Positions 8,291 through 18,302 of a stretch of 64,000 nucleotides of DNA are shown here, piece by piece. The notes beneath the pieces are model-generated. The model saw only the letters and a list, made by a program, of their open reading frames with translations. It made no database searches and had not been told where the DNA came from. Positions within the stretch are counted from its first letter, which is position 1; each line of letters starts with the position of its first letter. This DNA comes from Myxococcales bacterium (GTDB lineage Bacteria; Myxococcota_A; Polyangia; Polyangiales; DASUME01). A program made the translations under genes and the position numbers. Where the stretch lies: NCBI GenBank assembly GCA_047601445.1, contig JASGJH010000001.1, positions 7,328,001 through 7,392,000 of the forward strand, given 5' to 3'.

Positions 8291-10018
8291 CTACTCCTCG
8301 TGGCGCTGTGTGAAGTGGGGGGCGTCGACCAGAGCGAGCATGAAGTCGAGGATGCTCTGCTCGCCTTTGCCCAGGCGCTCGCGCGCGTTTTCCACCAGGC
8401 AACTGGTGTCGTGCCGGTCGAGCCCGAAGGCGAAGCTGGCGAAGTAGGACCCCAGGCAGGCGCCGGCTACCTCGTTGTTCGCGACCTGGTCGGCCAGTTC
8501 GGTCGGCCCCTGGAACGCGACGTCCGAGACGCCCTTGGAGGTGGCGACCAGCATGCCCGTGTCGTCGATGGAGAAGCCGTTTTCGCTGGTCCGATAGCGA
8601 CCGGTGGCGTCGAGGTGCTCGAAGCCGAAGCCCACGGGATCCATCAGGCGATGACAGCTCGCGCAGCTGGCGTTGGCCGCGTGCAACGTCTCGTAGCGTT
8701 GGCGTGTGGTCTCGGCGCCCGTGCCATCGGGGATCTTGCCCACGGTGGGCGGGGGCGGCGGCACGTCGAAGCACAGGATGCGCTCGCGCACCATGTGTCC
8801 GCGTTGGGTGGGCGAGGTGTCGCGATTGGTGGCGCGCAGGGAGAGCAGCGCTCCTTGGGCCAGTAGGCCCACGCCCCAGTCGCTCGGGCGCTGCGTGAGC
8901 GTGAAGCCGGTCTGGTCGCTCGCGCCGTAGCCGTAGAAGCTGGCCAGGGTGGGATCGAGCATGGTGTAGGGTGCGGTCAGCAGCTCGTTCATGTCGCCGC
9001 GTGCGTCGAACACCACGTGCTCCACGAAGGCTTGCAGCTCCGCGGCCATGGAGCCGCGCACGGCATCGCTCCAGTCGGGAAACAGACTCGCGTCCTTCTG
9101 GCGATTGGCGAGCGCGCTGAGGCCGAGCCACTGACCCACGAAGCGCGCGAATTGCTCGCGAAAAGCAGGGTTGGGAGCACCGCTCGAGTCCAGCGCCAAC
9201 TGCTTGGCCGCGGCACGCAGGCCTTCGGCGTCAGCGAGCTCGCCGCGTTCGGCCTGGGCCAGCAGGGCCTCGCTGGGCGGCGCTCCGGTGAACGTGTATG
9301 CCAGCGCGGTGGCGCGCTCGTAGGCATTGAGTTGGAAGTCTCCGCTCGCGTCGGCCTCGCCGAGCTCGGAGCGATACACGGCGTGGGGCGACGCGACGAG
9401 CGAGGTGGTGGCCCACTTGACCCATTGCGTGAAGCTGCCCCCTGCGTCGCCCACCTGCGCGAGCAGGTCGAGGTAGCGAGCGCGTTCGTCCTGGGCGAGC
9501 GGGCGACGGTAGAGGCGCTTGCCCACGCGGTCGAGGAATTGATTCGCACAGGCGGCTCCACCGGTAGCGCCGCACGACACCAGCTTGTCGAGATGCTCTG
9601 CGGTGCTCACCAGGTCGCCCACCTGCTCGGCGCTCTCGAGCAGGCGCTCGGCAAAGCTGTCGCCGACGGCGAGCTGATCGACCTGGTTGGTGAAGCCGTT
9701 CTGAGCGGCGGCGTCGGGCGGCAACGTCGAGCCGGGCCAGGCCTGGAGGTCGAGCGAGAAAACCGCGCGCACGGTGCTCTCGAACTCCGGCTTGGTGAGC
9801 CGACGCAGCAGGCGCGGCCCAGGCTTGTCGGCGCTGTCTTCATCGCTGCAGAGGGCCGCCCGTGAGCCGTTGACCACCGCGTTGTCGCCACTGTTGGTGC
9901 CCCCGCTGCCGGGCAAGTTGCCGGTCGAGGGGCCAAGGGGGCTGTCGAGGCTGACGGTGCAGCCCGTGAGCACCAGCGCACCGATTCCACCGCCGATTAC
10001 GCCAAGAAGGGTCCTCAT
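8291..10018 (-). CDS. DUF1592/DUF1588/DUF1595-type lipoprotein
   Basis: LRRLT..EF, TSPTQRG...CFDVPPPP, CASCH..MDPVGFGFEHLDATGRYR; lipobox LTGC. Confidence 0.88.
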   Translation of the reverse strand: MRTLLGVIGGGIGALVLTGCTVSLDSPLGPSTGNLPGSGGTNSGDNAVVNGSRAALCSDEDSADKPGPRLLRRLTKPEFESTVRAVFSLDLQAWPGSTLPPDAAAQNGFTNQVDQLAVGDSFAERLLESAEQVGDLVSTAEHLDKLVSCGATGGAACANQFLDRVGKRLYRRPLAQDERARYLDLLAQVGDAGGSFTQWVKWATTSLVASPHAVYRSELGEADASGDFQLNAYERATALAYTFTGAPPSEALLAQAERGELADAEGLRAAAKQLALDSSGAPNPAFREQFARFVGQWLGLSALANRQKDASLFPDWSDAVRGSMAAELQAFVEHVVFDARGDMNELLTAPYTMLDPTLASFYGYGASDQTGFTLTQRPSDWGVGLLAQGALLSLRATNRDTSPTQRGHMVRERILCFDVPPPPPTVGKIPDGTGAETTRQRYETLHAANASCASCHRLMDPVGFGFEHLDATGRYRTSENGFSIDDTGMLVATSKGVSDVAFQGPTELADQVANNEVAGACLGSYFASFAFGLDRHDTSCLVENARERLGKGEQSILDFMLALVDAPHFTQRHEE

Positions 10019-11343
10019 GTCACCAGCTCCGAAAGGGTGTCGCTGCCGAAATGGGCCGAGTCCGTGTCAGCCACGCCGAAAATCCGCGCGAGCGTCTTGA
10101 GCAAGTGCTTGTTGGTGGCTCCCTGCACGTCCACCATCTGACCGCTCTTGAGGCGCCCACCAGCGTTGCCGATCAGCATGCACGGCACGCCGGCGCTCCC
10201 GTGACTCTGGGGCAGACATTCGCTGAGCCACACGATGCAAGTGTTGTAGAGGACAGTCTTGCCGCTCGGGTCGAGCGGATCGGGGACGTCGAGGGATTTG
10301 AGTAGGCGTGCGAGCTTGCCGGCGTACCACGCCTGGCAGCGCGCGAAGGTGGCCTGATCACCGTGCGAGGTGTTGTGGTGCGGATAGCCCGTGTCGATGG
10401 GGACGATGACGTTGCCGTCGGCCGAGCCCGCTTGCAGCGTCGCGACGCGCGTCAGTCCGCAGGCGAGGGCGCGCGCCATGATGTCGATCTGGGCGTCGAA
10501 GATGTCGGAGAACAGCGCATCCTGATAGGCGGCGGCGTCGTTGGTGGCGAGGCTCGCGCGCAGCTTCTCCACGCTCGGGAGCTTGCTCGCATCGCAGCTC
10601 ACCGGCATCAGCGGAGCCGCGCTGCTGCCGTCGCGCACGAGCTTCTGGAGGGCTGCCGCGTGAGTGTCCACGCGGGCCTTCTCCAGCGGGCTCTTGCCCA
10701 GCCGATCCGCGAGGGACTTGAGCTCCGCCGCGTGCAATCCGAGCACCGCGTTGCGCAGGTCGCTGTCCGAAGGGCCCTTGCTCTGCGGAGCGGTGGTGGG
10801 CGTGGTGGTGAGCTTGCCGAAGACGCGGTCGAAGGCCTTCACCGGGTTCGCTTCGTAGTCGACGGCGCCGGGCGAGAAGAACAACGTGGAGCGGCCGTAC
10901 AGCTTGTAGAACTCGATGGAGTCGGCAGGGCGAGCGCCGAGGTGAAGCGAAGCGACCGAACTGGGAGCGCTGCTCTGCAGGTGATCGCGCACGAGTTGGT
11001 CGAGGCTCTTCACGCCGGGATCGGGGGAGCTGTAGTCGGCGATGGGCGCGCCCGTGAAGATGCTGCGGATCGCCATGTGATTCTCGGAGCCCGCGATGTC
11101 GAGCCCCTTCACGAAGCTGATCTGCTGCTGGTAGGCCTTGAGCGGCTCGGTCACCACGCTCAGCGCCGACAGGTTGCCTGCGTTGGGCCAGAAGTACTCG
11201 GGCTGCGCGCCGTTCATGGAGGGCCAGAGCACGAGGCGCAGGGGCGCGCCCGTGCTCTCGGCGCGCACGCTGGGGAAGCCCCGGAGCTGTGAAGCCGCCA
11301 ACGCTGCGCCCAAGGAGAAGAGAAACTCTCTGCGACTGCCCAC
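10015..11343 (-). CDS. DUF1552 (HXXSHH-family) Tat-exported protein
   Basis: SRREFL twin-Arg signal; SLDQ, NPVKAFDRVF, ALACGLTRVATLQ, HHNTSHG, WLSE; coupled to the DUF1592 gene. Confidence 0.88.
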   Translation of the reverse strand: MGSRREFLFSLGAALAASQLRGFPSVRAESTGAPLRLVLWPSMNGAQPEYFWPNAGNLSALSVVTEPLKAYQQQISFVKGLDIAGSENHMAIRSIFTGAPIADYSSPDPGVKSLDQLVRDHLQSSAPSSVASLHLGARPADSIEFYKLYGRSTLFFSPGAVDYEANPVKAFDRVFGKLTTTPTTAPQSKGPSDSDLRNAVLGLHAAELKSLADRLGKSPLEKARVDTHAAALQKLVRDGSSAAPLMPVSCDASKLPSVEKLRASLATNDAAAYQDALFSDIFDAQIDIMARALACGLTRVATLQAGSADGNVIVPIDTGYPHHNTSHGDQATFARCQAWYAGKLARLLKSLDVPDPLDPSGKTVLYNTCIVWLSECLPQSHGSAGVPCMLIGNAGGRLKSGQMVDVQGATNKHLLKTLARIFGVADTDSAHFGSDTLSELVT

Positions 11344-11525
11344 GTCTCACCTCCGCAGCGCGTCATGCGCCGAACGCTGAGATGGAGGGGGCCGGCCGTG
11401 GTGGCGGGTCAAAGAAAGTTCAGGGGATGGTTTTCGCTTTTTGCTTTTCGCCGCTTGGGTCAGGGGCACACCGTCGGCGGTTAGCCTGGCGGTGAGCGCC
11501 CTCACCGAGCGCGCCGGGCGCTGTA

Positions 11526-12536
11526 CTAGCCCGGCGTGGGGACGGTGCCCTGGGTGCGTTGCTCCAGCGCACGCACCAGGAAGCGATCGAGCAGCTCGAG
11601 GTCGCGGGCGAGGGCGTTGAGGCGGGTCTCGAGCGCATCGTACATGCGCTCACGCAGGTCGATGGTGGTCTGGTCGTAGAGGCCCCCAGAGCCGAACAGC
11701 ATGGCCTCCGCGGCTTGCCGATCTGCGGCGGGAAGCGTGGACTCGATGAGGTGCTGCCACTCCTTCACGAGCAGTTGGCGCGGCGAGGGGCGGCCATCGG
11801 CGCCGTCGAGCGTGAGGAGTCGGAACACGAAGGCCGGGTAGAGCTGATCGTCGTCCACACCGCGCACGATGGGAGAGAGCAAGTTGTGGTCGTGCCGATA
11901 AGACGTGAGCTGGGGGCGCGGAACGAAGGCCGCGACGCCGATTCCGGCCGCCGCGATGCCGCCTGTCAGTCCGGTGATGGCCGGTCCGTTCGAGTTCCCA
12001 TTGACCAGATCCCAGGCCCCCGCGGCCGTGGCAGACGCTGCGCCCAACACCAGTGAGACCAGGGCCAGCCGCACCTCGCGGTTCTCCTCGCGTTGCGTCA
12101 GCTCGAGGGAGATGGTCTCGATCATCTCGCCCGTGCACTCGGCTTCGAAGATCATGGCGCTGAGCTGGGTCTCCAGGGAGACCACGCGCATGTTGAGATC
12201 CTGACGGACTTCGAGGCGCTCGAGCCGCGCAGCGTCGCCTGCCTGAGCGAGGCGCAACGCGTCCGCCACCAGCCCCTCGATCCCGGCCGCCTTGGCGGTG
12301 CGACGTGCCTCGGGCGGCACCGCGCTCAGGATGGGATCCGGCGGGCCATTCTCGCTCGGCGGCTGGTAGGGGCTCTCCTTGCCCAAGAAGGCGCGCACGC
12401 ACTCCGCGCCGCGACCTTGCCAACGCTCTTCGTCGGCCTTGCGCTTGGCGGCGTTCAGGCCGGCGCAGCTGCTCGTGAGCGAGGCGCAGAAGCCGAGGCC
12501 GAGAATCCAGGACAAGCGCTGGGTGCTGGCACGCAT
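11526..12536 (-). CDS. Hypothetical lipoprotein
   Basis: Lipobox-like LTSSC; helical body with a glycine-zipper-like hydrophobic hairpin. Confidence 0.65.
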   Translation of the reverse strand: MRASTQRLSWILGLGFCASLTSSCAGLNAAKRKADEERWQGRGAECVRAFLGKESPYQPPSENGPPDPILSAVPPEARRTAKAAGIEGLVADALRLAQAGDAARLERLEVRQDLNMRVVSLETQLSAMIFEAECTGEMIETISLELTQREENREVRLALVSLVLGAASATAAGAWDLVNGNSNGPAITGLTGGIAAAGIGVAAFVPRPQLTSYRHDHNLLSPIVRGVDDDQLYPAFVFRLLTLDGADGRPSPRQLLVKEWQHLIESTLPAADRQAAEAMLFGSGGLYDQTTIDLRERMYDALETRLNALARDLELLDRFLVRALEQRTQGTVPTPG

Positions 12537-12594
12537 CGCGGGGAACTTACTCTGGACGGTGGAGTCGTGCTCGTGTGCGTGGCCGGCCAAGGGG

Positions 12595-14869
12595 TCACGC
12601 CCCGCTCCCCGGCAACCCCGCAATCTCCCGCAAAAGGAGCTCCATATCTGCCGGCTTCACCAGATGGCGGGCGAAGCCGGCTTCCAGGCTGCGTCGCATG
12701 TCGCGCTCTTGCGCGTAACCCGAGAGCGCCAGCAGGTGCGTCCTCGGCCCCAGTTTGACGCGCAATTCTCGCGCAAGTTGGTAACCGTCCATCACGGGCA
12801 AGCCGATGTCGAGGATGGCGATCTCGGGCCAGAATCCCTCTACCAGCGAGAGCGCCTCGGCCGGGTCATGGGCCACCTCTACCTGATGTCCCAGACGCTT
12901 CAGGGCCCGCGAGAGGAGCCCGGCGGCGTCGTGGTTGTCGTCCACGATCAAGAATCTTGCGTCCTGCGCCGTGCGAGATGCGCGCGGACTCTTCCTGAAC
13001 CGTCGGTGCCGCAGCTTGCACTGTCACCTGTGTGACCCGAGGGAGTCGCAGCACGAACTCGCTGCCTTGGTCGAGCCCCGCGCTCCGCGCTTGCACGCTG
13101 CCGCCATGCAGCGCTGTCAGGCTCGCCACCAGGCCGAGGCCGAGGCCGAGCCCTCCCTCGGCGCGGTCCGGTCCACGTGGTCCCTGCACGAAGACATCGA
13201 AGATGCGCGGCAAGAGCTCCGCCGCGATGCCCACGCCGTTGTCCCGCACGCACAGCACCACGTCGTCCTCTTCGCAGCCCGCGCCGATGAACACCCGGCC
13301 GCCCAGCGGCGTGTAGCGCGCGGCGTTGGTGAGCAGATTGGTGACCACCTGGATCAACCGGATCTCGTCGGCCTCCACCACCAGGTCCTGCGTCGGCACC
13401 TCCACCGTGAGCACATGTCGCTTCTGTTCGATCAGCGAGCTCGTGATCTCGATGGCCTTGGCCACCACGCCCGCGATGGAGAGCGGTCGCTTGCGCAGCT
13501 CGATTTTGCCCTGGGCGACCCGGGACACGTCGAGCAGATCGTCCACCAGGCGTACCAGGTGTCCGGCCTGGCGCTCGATGGCTTCGCGCTCACGCGTGGA
13601 CGGCACGTCCCCGTGCAGCTTCATCAGCTGGACCGCGGTGAGGATCGGGGCGAGCGGATTGCGCAGCTCGTGCGAGAGCACCGCCAAGAACTCGTCCTTG
13701 CGCCGCGCGGCCTCGCGCATGCTCTCTTCGGCCCGCTTGCGGTCGTCGATGTCGGTGGCCGCGGCCACCCAGCACTTGAGCTCGTCGGCCTCTTCGACGA
13801 TGGGCATCACGCGCCCAAGATGCCAGCGATACTGGCCGTCGTGTCGACGCAGGCGGTATTCGATCTCGATCACCCGGCGGCTCTCGATGCCTGCGCGCCA
13901 ACGCTCGAACACTTGCGCGCGGTCCTCAGGGTGCACGATCTCGAGCAGCGCCTCCGGAGCGAGCAGACCCACGCCGGTGTACTCGCTCCAGCGCTCGTTC
14001 ATCCAGTCGGCCGTGCCGTTCGGCGCGCACGTCCAGACGATCTGCGGCATGGCATTGGCGAGTTCGCGGTAGCGCGCTTCGCTCGCTGACACCGCGCGGG
14101 CCAGCTCGCGTTCGGCCGTGATGTCGCGCACCGTGCCCACGAGATAGGCCGCCCGTCCTTGTGGGCGACTCATCACGCCGCAGTCCTTGATCCAGCGCAG
14201 CTGACCGTCCGGGCGAATGATGCGAAACTCCACGTCCATCGGGACCTCGGTCTCGATGGTGCGTCGGACTTGGCTCCACAGCCGCTCGCGGTCCTCCGGA
14301 TGCACCAGGCGGGCGAAGTCTTCCACCACCACCGGGCGCTCGAAGGGTTCCACGCCGAGCACGGCGTAGGTCTCGGGGGACCAGTACACGGCATCGGTCT
14401 CGAGGTCGTGCTCCCAGATTCCGGTGTGCCCGGCTCGCAGCGCCAGGCTCAGGCGCTCCTGGGCTGCGCGCACCATGTCCTCGTGCCTTCGCTGCTGCGT
14501 GATGTCGCAGCCCGTCTCGAGCACCAGCTGACCGCCATCCGGCGCGCTGATCCGGGTCATGCGCGTGTCCACGAGCAGGGTCTGCTCCGCGCGACCTCGC
14601 AGCGAGAGCTCTCCACGCCAGCGTCCCTCGGTCGCGAGCGCCGTCGCGATGGCCTCTTCGCAGTCCGCTCGCAGTGTGCCCAACAAGCGGCGTGGATCGC
14701 AGCCGAGCGCTTCGGCCCGCGGAATGCCGTACAACTGCGCGGCAGCGTCGCTCCACAACACGATCTCGCGCCGAGCGCCGTCGCGCCACACGAACTTGGG
14801 TTCGATTCCATGATCGAACATGAGCTCGGCCAGCATGGCCCGTGTGTTCGCCGGCGCCTCCTGTGTCAC
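12595..14869 (-). pseudogene. PAS-PAS-PAS hybrid histidine kinase/response regulator, frameshifted near 12950
   Basis: HELRNPL H-box, NLLTNA, DNGVG and GLGLGL boxes. The receiver (IVDDN...LDIGLP.MDG...KP) is in another frame; deleting one T in att ctt gat cgt gga restores ILIVDDN. Could be a sequencing error. Confidence 0.85.
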
Positions 14870-15003
14870 CCAAGTCCCCCGGTGTCGCTTCGATGGCGTA
14901 AGAGGGGCAATTGCAGCACGTGTTGAGAGTCAGGCAACTCCGTGTTTTGCACGACAAGGATCTCGGCTTGACGAAGCCCGGTTCATGCATCTGGCTTGGG
15001 CCC

Positions 15004-16041
15004 ATGGGGCGTCGAGTCATCTACACGAAGTACGGGGATCCCGAGGTGTTGCGGGTCGAAGCGCAGGGGCGCCCGCGTCCGGGGCCAGGAGAGGTGCTGA
15101 TCGACGTGGCCTTTGCCGGGGTGAACTACGCGGACGTGATCGCTCGGCGCGGCTTCTACAAGTGGGCGCCGCCCTTTCCCACCTGTGTGGGCTTCGAGCT
15201 GTCCGGGGTCGTCGCCGCGTTGGGCGAGGGCGTCACCTCCCATCGCCTGGGCGATCGCGTGGTCGCGGTCACGCGCTTCGGGGGCTACGCGGATGCCGTA
15301 GTGGTGGAGGCACAGCGCGCCTGGCCGTTGCCCGAGGAGCTCACGCTCGCCGAGGGCGCCGCGATCCCAGCGGTGACCATCACGGCGTGGCACGCGCTGG
15401 TCAACGTGTTGCGTGTGAGGTCGGGGGAGTCGCTGTTGATCCAGGCCGTGGCGGGCGGCGTCGGGCTCGCGGCCCTGCAGATCGCCAAGCACTTCGGGGT
15501 ATTCACGTACGGCACCGCCAGCTCGCCCGAGAAGCTCGCCTTCGCGCGAGCGCGTGGGCTCGACCATGGCATCGACTACACCCGTGTAGATTTCGAGCAC
15601 GAAATCGGCCGCCTCACGCAGGGGCAGGGCATCGATCACGTGCTCGACTCGCTGGGCGGGGAAGCGCTGCGCAAGGGTTATCGCGCGCTCAAGCCGGGCG
15701 GTCACGCCGTGACCATCGGTGCCGCGCAGGTCGCGCCCGCGGAGCGCACACCATGGCAGGTGCTCAAGGCAGGGGCCGAGCTCGTGCGTGGCGGCGTGTT
15801 CCATCCCTTCCAGCTGATCGAGGACAACAAGAGCATCGCCGGGGTGCAGGTGCTCCTGTTGTGGAACGACGTTCCGCTGATGCAGGCGGCGATGCGCGAG
15901 ATCCTGCAGCTGGCGCGGGCCTCCGTGATCAAGCCTCACGTGGACCGCATCGTGCCCCTGGAGCGCGCGGCCGAGGCCCATGTGTTGCTCGAGTCGCGCA
16001 AGACACGCGGCAAGCTGCTTTTGGCCTGCGCGGGCGCCTAG
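15004..16041 (+). CDS. NADPH:quinone oxidoreductase / MDR family (VAT-1-like)
   Basis: GVNYAD, GFELSG, AVAGGVG nucleotide-binding motif, C-terminal RKTRGKLLL. Confidence 0.9.
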   Translation: MGRRVIYTKYGDPEVLRVEAQGRPRPGPGEVLIDVAFAGVNYADVIARRGFYKWAPPFPTCVGFELSGVVAALGEGVTSHRLGDRVVAVTRFGGYADAVVVEAQRAWPLPEELTLAEGAAIPAVTITAWHALVNVLRVRSGESLLIQAVAGGVGLAALQIAKHFGVFTYGTASSPEKLAFARARGLDHGIDYTRVDFEHEIGRLTQGQGIDHVLDSLGGEALRKGYRALKPGGHAVTIGAAQVAPAERTPWQVLKAGAELVRGGVFHPFQLIEDNKSIAGVQVLLLWNDVPLMQAAMREILQLARASVIKPHVDRIVPLERAAEAHVLLESRKTRGKLLLACAGA

Positions 16042-16090
16042 ACTCGTGGGGGCTAGGCAGGGCCGCGTCGGCGCGGGTACCCTTGGGGTA

Positions 16091-16660
16091 ATGCTCGCTC
16101 GCTCCGTTTCTGGATGGTCTCGCTCGGGTGCCCTCACCCACTTCTTTGCGCTATTTCTCTCGCTGGCGAACTCGCACTGCCAGGACGATCACAGTCCGGA
16201 TCGCTGCGCCAACGGCACCTGCATCTGCGATGCGCGCGAAGATTGCCAGTTCGCCTGCGAGGCCCCGCCCTGCCACGTCGCGTGCGGAGCCGACTCGACT
16301 TGCTCCGGTGCATGCGCCAACGGGGAGTGCACCTGTGGTGAGCGCGCGAGCTGCGGCTTCGTCTGCGACGCGCCGCCCTGTCACGTGACGTGCGACGGGA
16401 GCAACCCAGCCTGCAGCGGTGAATGCGCGAACGGGACCTGCGACTGCCGGCCCGGTTCGAGCTGCGAGTTCACCTGTCTCAGCGGTCCCTGTCACACCTT
16501 GTGTGGCGCGGGCTCGAGCTGCGTCGTGCACTGTCCGAACGCACCTGCGGGGAGCCAGGACTGCGACATCGCGCGCTGTGAGTCCGGTTCCATCACGCTA
16601 TGTCCCGATGGCAAGTCCACCACCTGCAATGCCAGCTGCCCAGTCGGAGACGCGGGGTGA
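16091..16660 (+). CDS. Exported cysteine-rich repeat protein
   Basis: Signal/lipobox-like LANSHC followed by three ~36-aa repeats CANGxCxC-x5-CxFxC-x4-CHxxC-x5/6-C. Confidence 0.75.
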   Translation: MLARSVSGWSRSGALTHFFALFLSLANSHCQDDHSPDRCANGTCICDAREDCQFACEAPPCHVACGADSTCSGACANGECTCGERASCGFVCDAPPCHVTCDGSNPACSGECANGTCDCRPGSSCEFTCLSGPCHTLCGAGSSCVVHCPNAPAGSQDCDIARCESGSITLCPDGKSTTCNASCPVGDAG

Positions 16661-16731
16661 AATCACGCGTGGGTTCGCTGCATCACCCGCGAGTGCGCGT
16701 CACAAGCCACGCCCTCCACGCTCTTCCGCCC

Positions 16732-17043
16732 ATGGCTCACGAACCGCGCTGGCTGCGCTGGACGCACAAGGACCCGAACACCCCGCCGCGAGACCTCACC
16801 GAGGATCAGTTCATCTGGGAGGTGCTGCAGCTCGCCGAACAAGCCTTCGCTTCGCTGCCGCCCGAGCCGATGCTCGTGGAGGGGCTCGATGCACCCGGGG
16901 CCGGCGTGCAGTGGCGAGCCTACGTCGACGGGCCGCGCGAGCTCCTGGGGGTTGCGCGCCAGCTCGCGGTAGAGCGTTGCTTGCGGCGCGAGAGCACCTG
17001 GGGTGGCTCGGAGGCGAGCGTCGCCGAGAAGCAGCGCCCATGA
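16732..17043 (+). CDS. Small hypothetical protein coupled to an ECF
   Basis: Natural-looking 103-aa ORF (MAHEPRWLRW...); its TGA overlaps the ECF ATG. Confidence 0.55.
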   Translation: MAHEPRWLRWTHKDPNTPPRDLTEDQFIWEVLQLAEQAFASLPPEPMLVEGLDAPGAGVQWRAYVDGPRELLGVARQLAVERCLRRESTWGGSEASVAEKQRP

Positions 17044-17660
17044 CCGAACCCAAGCTCGCCGTGGAGGAGGCCATCCGAGCAGCCTGGGACGCGCGGGAAT
17101 ATCAGCAGGCGGCCACCTTGGCGCTCGAAGCATATGGAGCGGAAATTTATTCGTTCGTGCATGCCCGGCTGCGCTCCGGGGCGGATGCCGACGATGCGTT
17201 CTCCATCTTCGCCGAAGACCTCTGGAAGGGATTGCCGGGCTTCGAGTACCGTTCCAGCATGCGTGGCTGGCTCTACGCACTGGCCCGCAACGCCGCCAAT
17301 CGCCATGCGACCTCGCCCCAGCGTCGCGCCGAGCGCAACATTCCACTCTCCTTCGACAGTGCCGTGTCGGCCCTGGCTGTGCGTTCGCGTACGGAGACCC
17401 AGCTGCACCACCAGGGGGACGCCAAGGACAAGATCCGCGCACTGCGGAAGCGCCTGCCCATCGACGACCAGACCCTGCTGATCCTGTTCGTGGATCGCAG
17501 CCTGCCCTGGCGTGAGATCGCTCAAGTCATGCACGATCAGGACACGCCGCTTGACCCGGCCGAGCTCACGCGCGAGGCGGCTCGCCTGCGAAAGCGCTTC
17601 GAACGGGTCAAAGCGGAGCTCAAGGCCATGGCGCTCGCTGAAGGACTACTCAAGCGTTAG
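17040..17660 (+). CDS. ECF sigma factor (myxobacterial kinase-associated type)
   Basis: DADDAFSIF..DLWKGLPGFEYRSSMRGWLYALARN; LPWREIAQVM...RLRKRFERVK. Confidence 0.85.
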   Translation: MTEPKLAVEEAIRAAWDAREYQQAATLALEAYGAEIYSFVHARLRSGADADDAFSIFAEDLWKGLPGFEYRSSMRGWLYALARNAANRHATSPQRRAERNIPLSFDSAVSALAVRSRTETQLHHQGDAKDKIRALRKRLPIDDQTLLILFVDRSLPWREIAQVMHDQDTPLDPAELTREAARLRKRFERVKAELKAMALAEGLLKR

Positions 17661-17757
17661 GGGCTGTCCTTGGGTGGCGACTCGGAGGATTCGCGGGACC
17701 TGACGATTTTGCTGTCACAACCCCGCAGCCTTCCACTCCTTCAGGAGGGAGGCTTCG

Positions 17758-18201
17758 ATGTCGAACCCTGACAGTATGTCCATGGTGTCCTTGCAGACCC
17801 TGACGCATCGGGAGAAGCGCATCCTGACTCACGTGCTCGACGGCTCCCCCAGCAAGCGAATCGCCCTCGAGGTCGGAGTCTCCGAGACCCAGGTTTCCAA
17901 GTCGCTGGCTGCATCGGCCCTGAAATTGGGATTTCACAACCGTGCCGAGTTGGTGCGTTTCGCGGCCGCCCACGGTCGACAGCTCAGGTCTGCCTTGCCG
18001 GGCGCCCTGACCACGGCGGAGCGGGGGGTGCTGGAGCTGTTGGTGGCAGGCCACTCGAACGAGGAGATCGCGGCACGGCGGGGGCGCTCGCGTAAGACCA
18101 TCGAAAATCAAGTCTCAGCCCTGTTGCGCAAGACTGGGCTCGCCAGCCGTCGCAGCTTGATGGTGGCTTTCTGCGATGTCGGACACGAAAGCATGGCCTG
18201 A
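17758..18201 (+). CDS. Regulator made of two tandem LuxR-type HTH domains
   Basis: LTHREKRIL...GSPSKRIA and LTTAERGVLELLVAGHSNEEIA...TIENQVSALLRK; GGAGG RBS. Confidence 0.85.
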   Translation: MSNPDSMSMVSLQTLTHREKRILTHVLDGSPSKRIALEVGVSETQVSKSLAASALKLGFHNRAELVRFAAAHGRQLRSALPGALTTAERGVLELLVAGHSNEEIAARRGRSRKTIENQVSALLRKTGLASRRSLMVAFCDVGHESMA

Positions 18202-18302
18202 CCGTCGTCGCAGCGTGTTGCGTCGTGCCGTTGCATGACGACGCCGGGATGGCCAGCGAAGTCAGCCTGTGATATTCGCCCCACACGATCCGAGGTTGAT
18301 TC

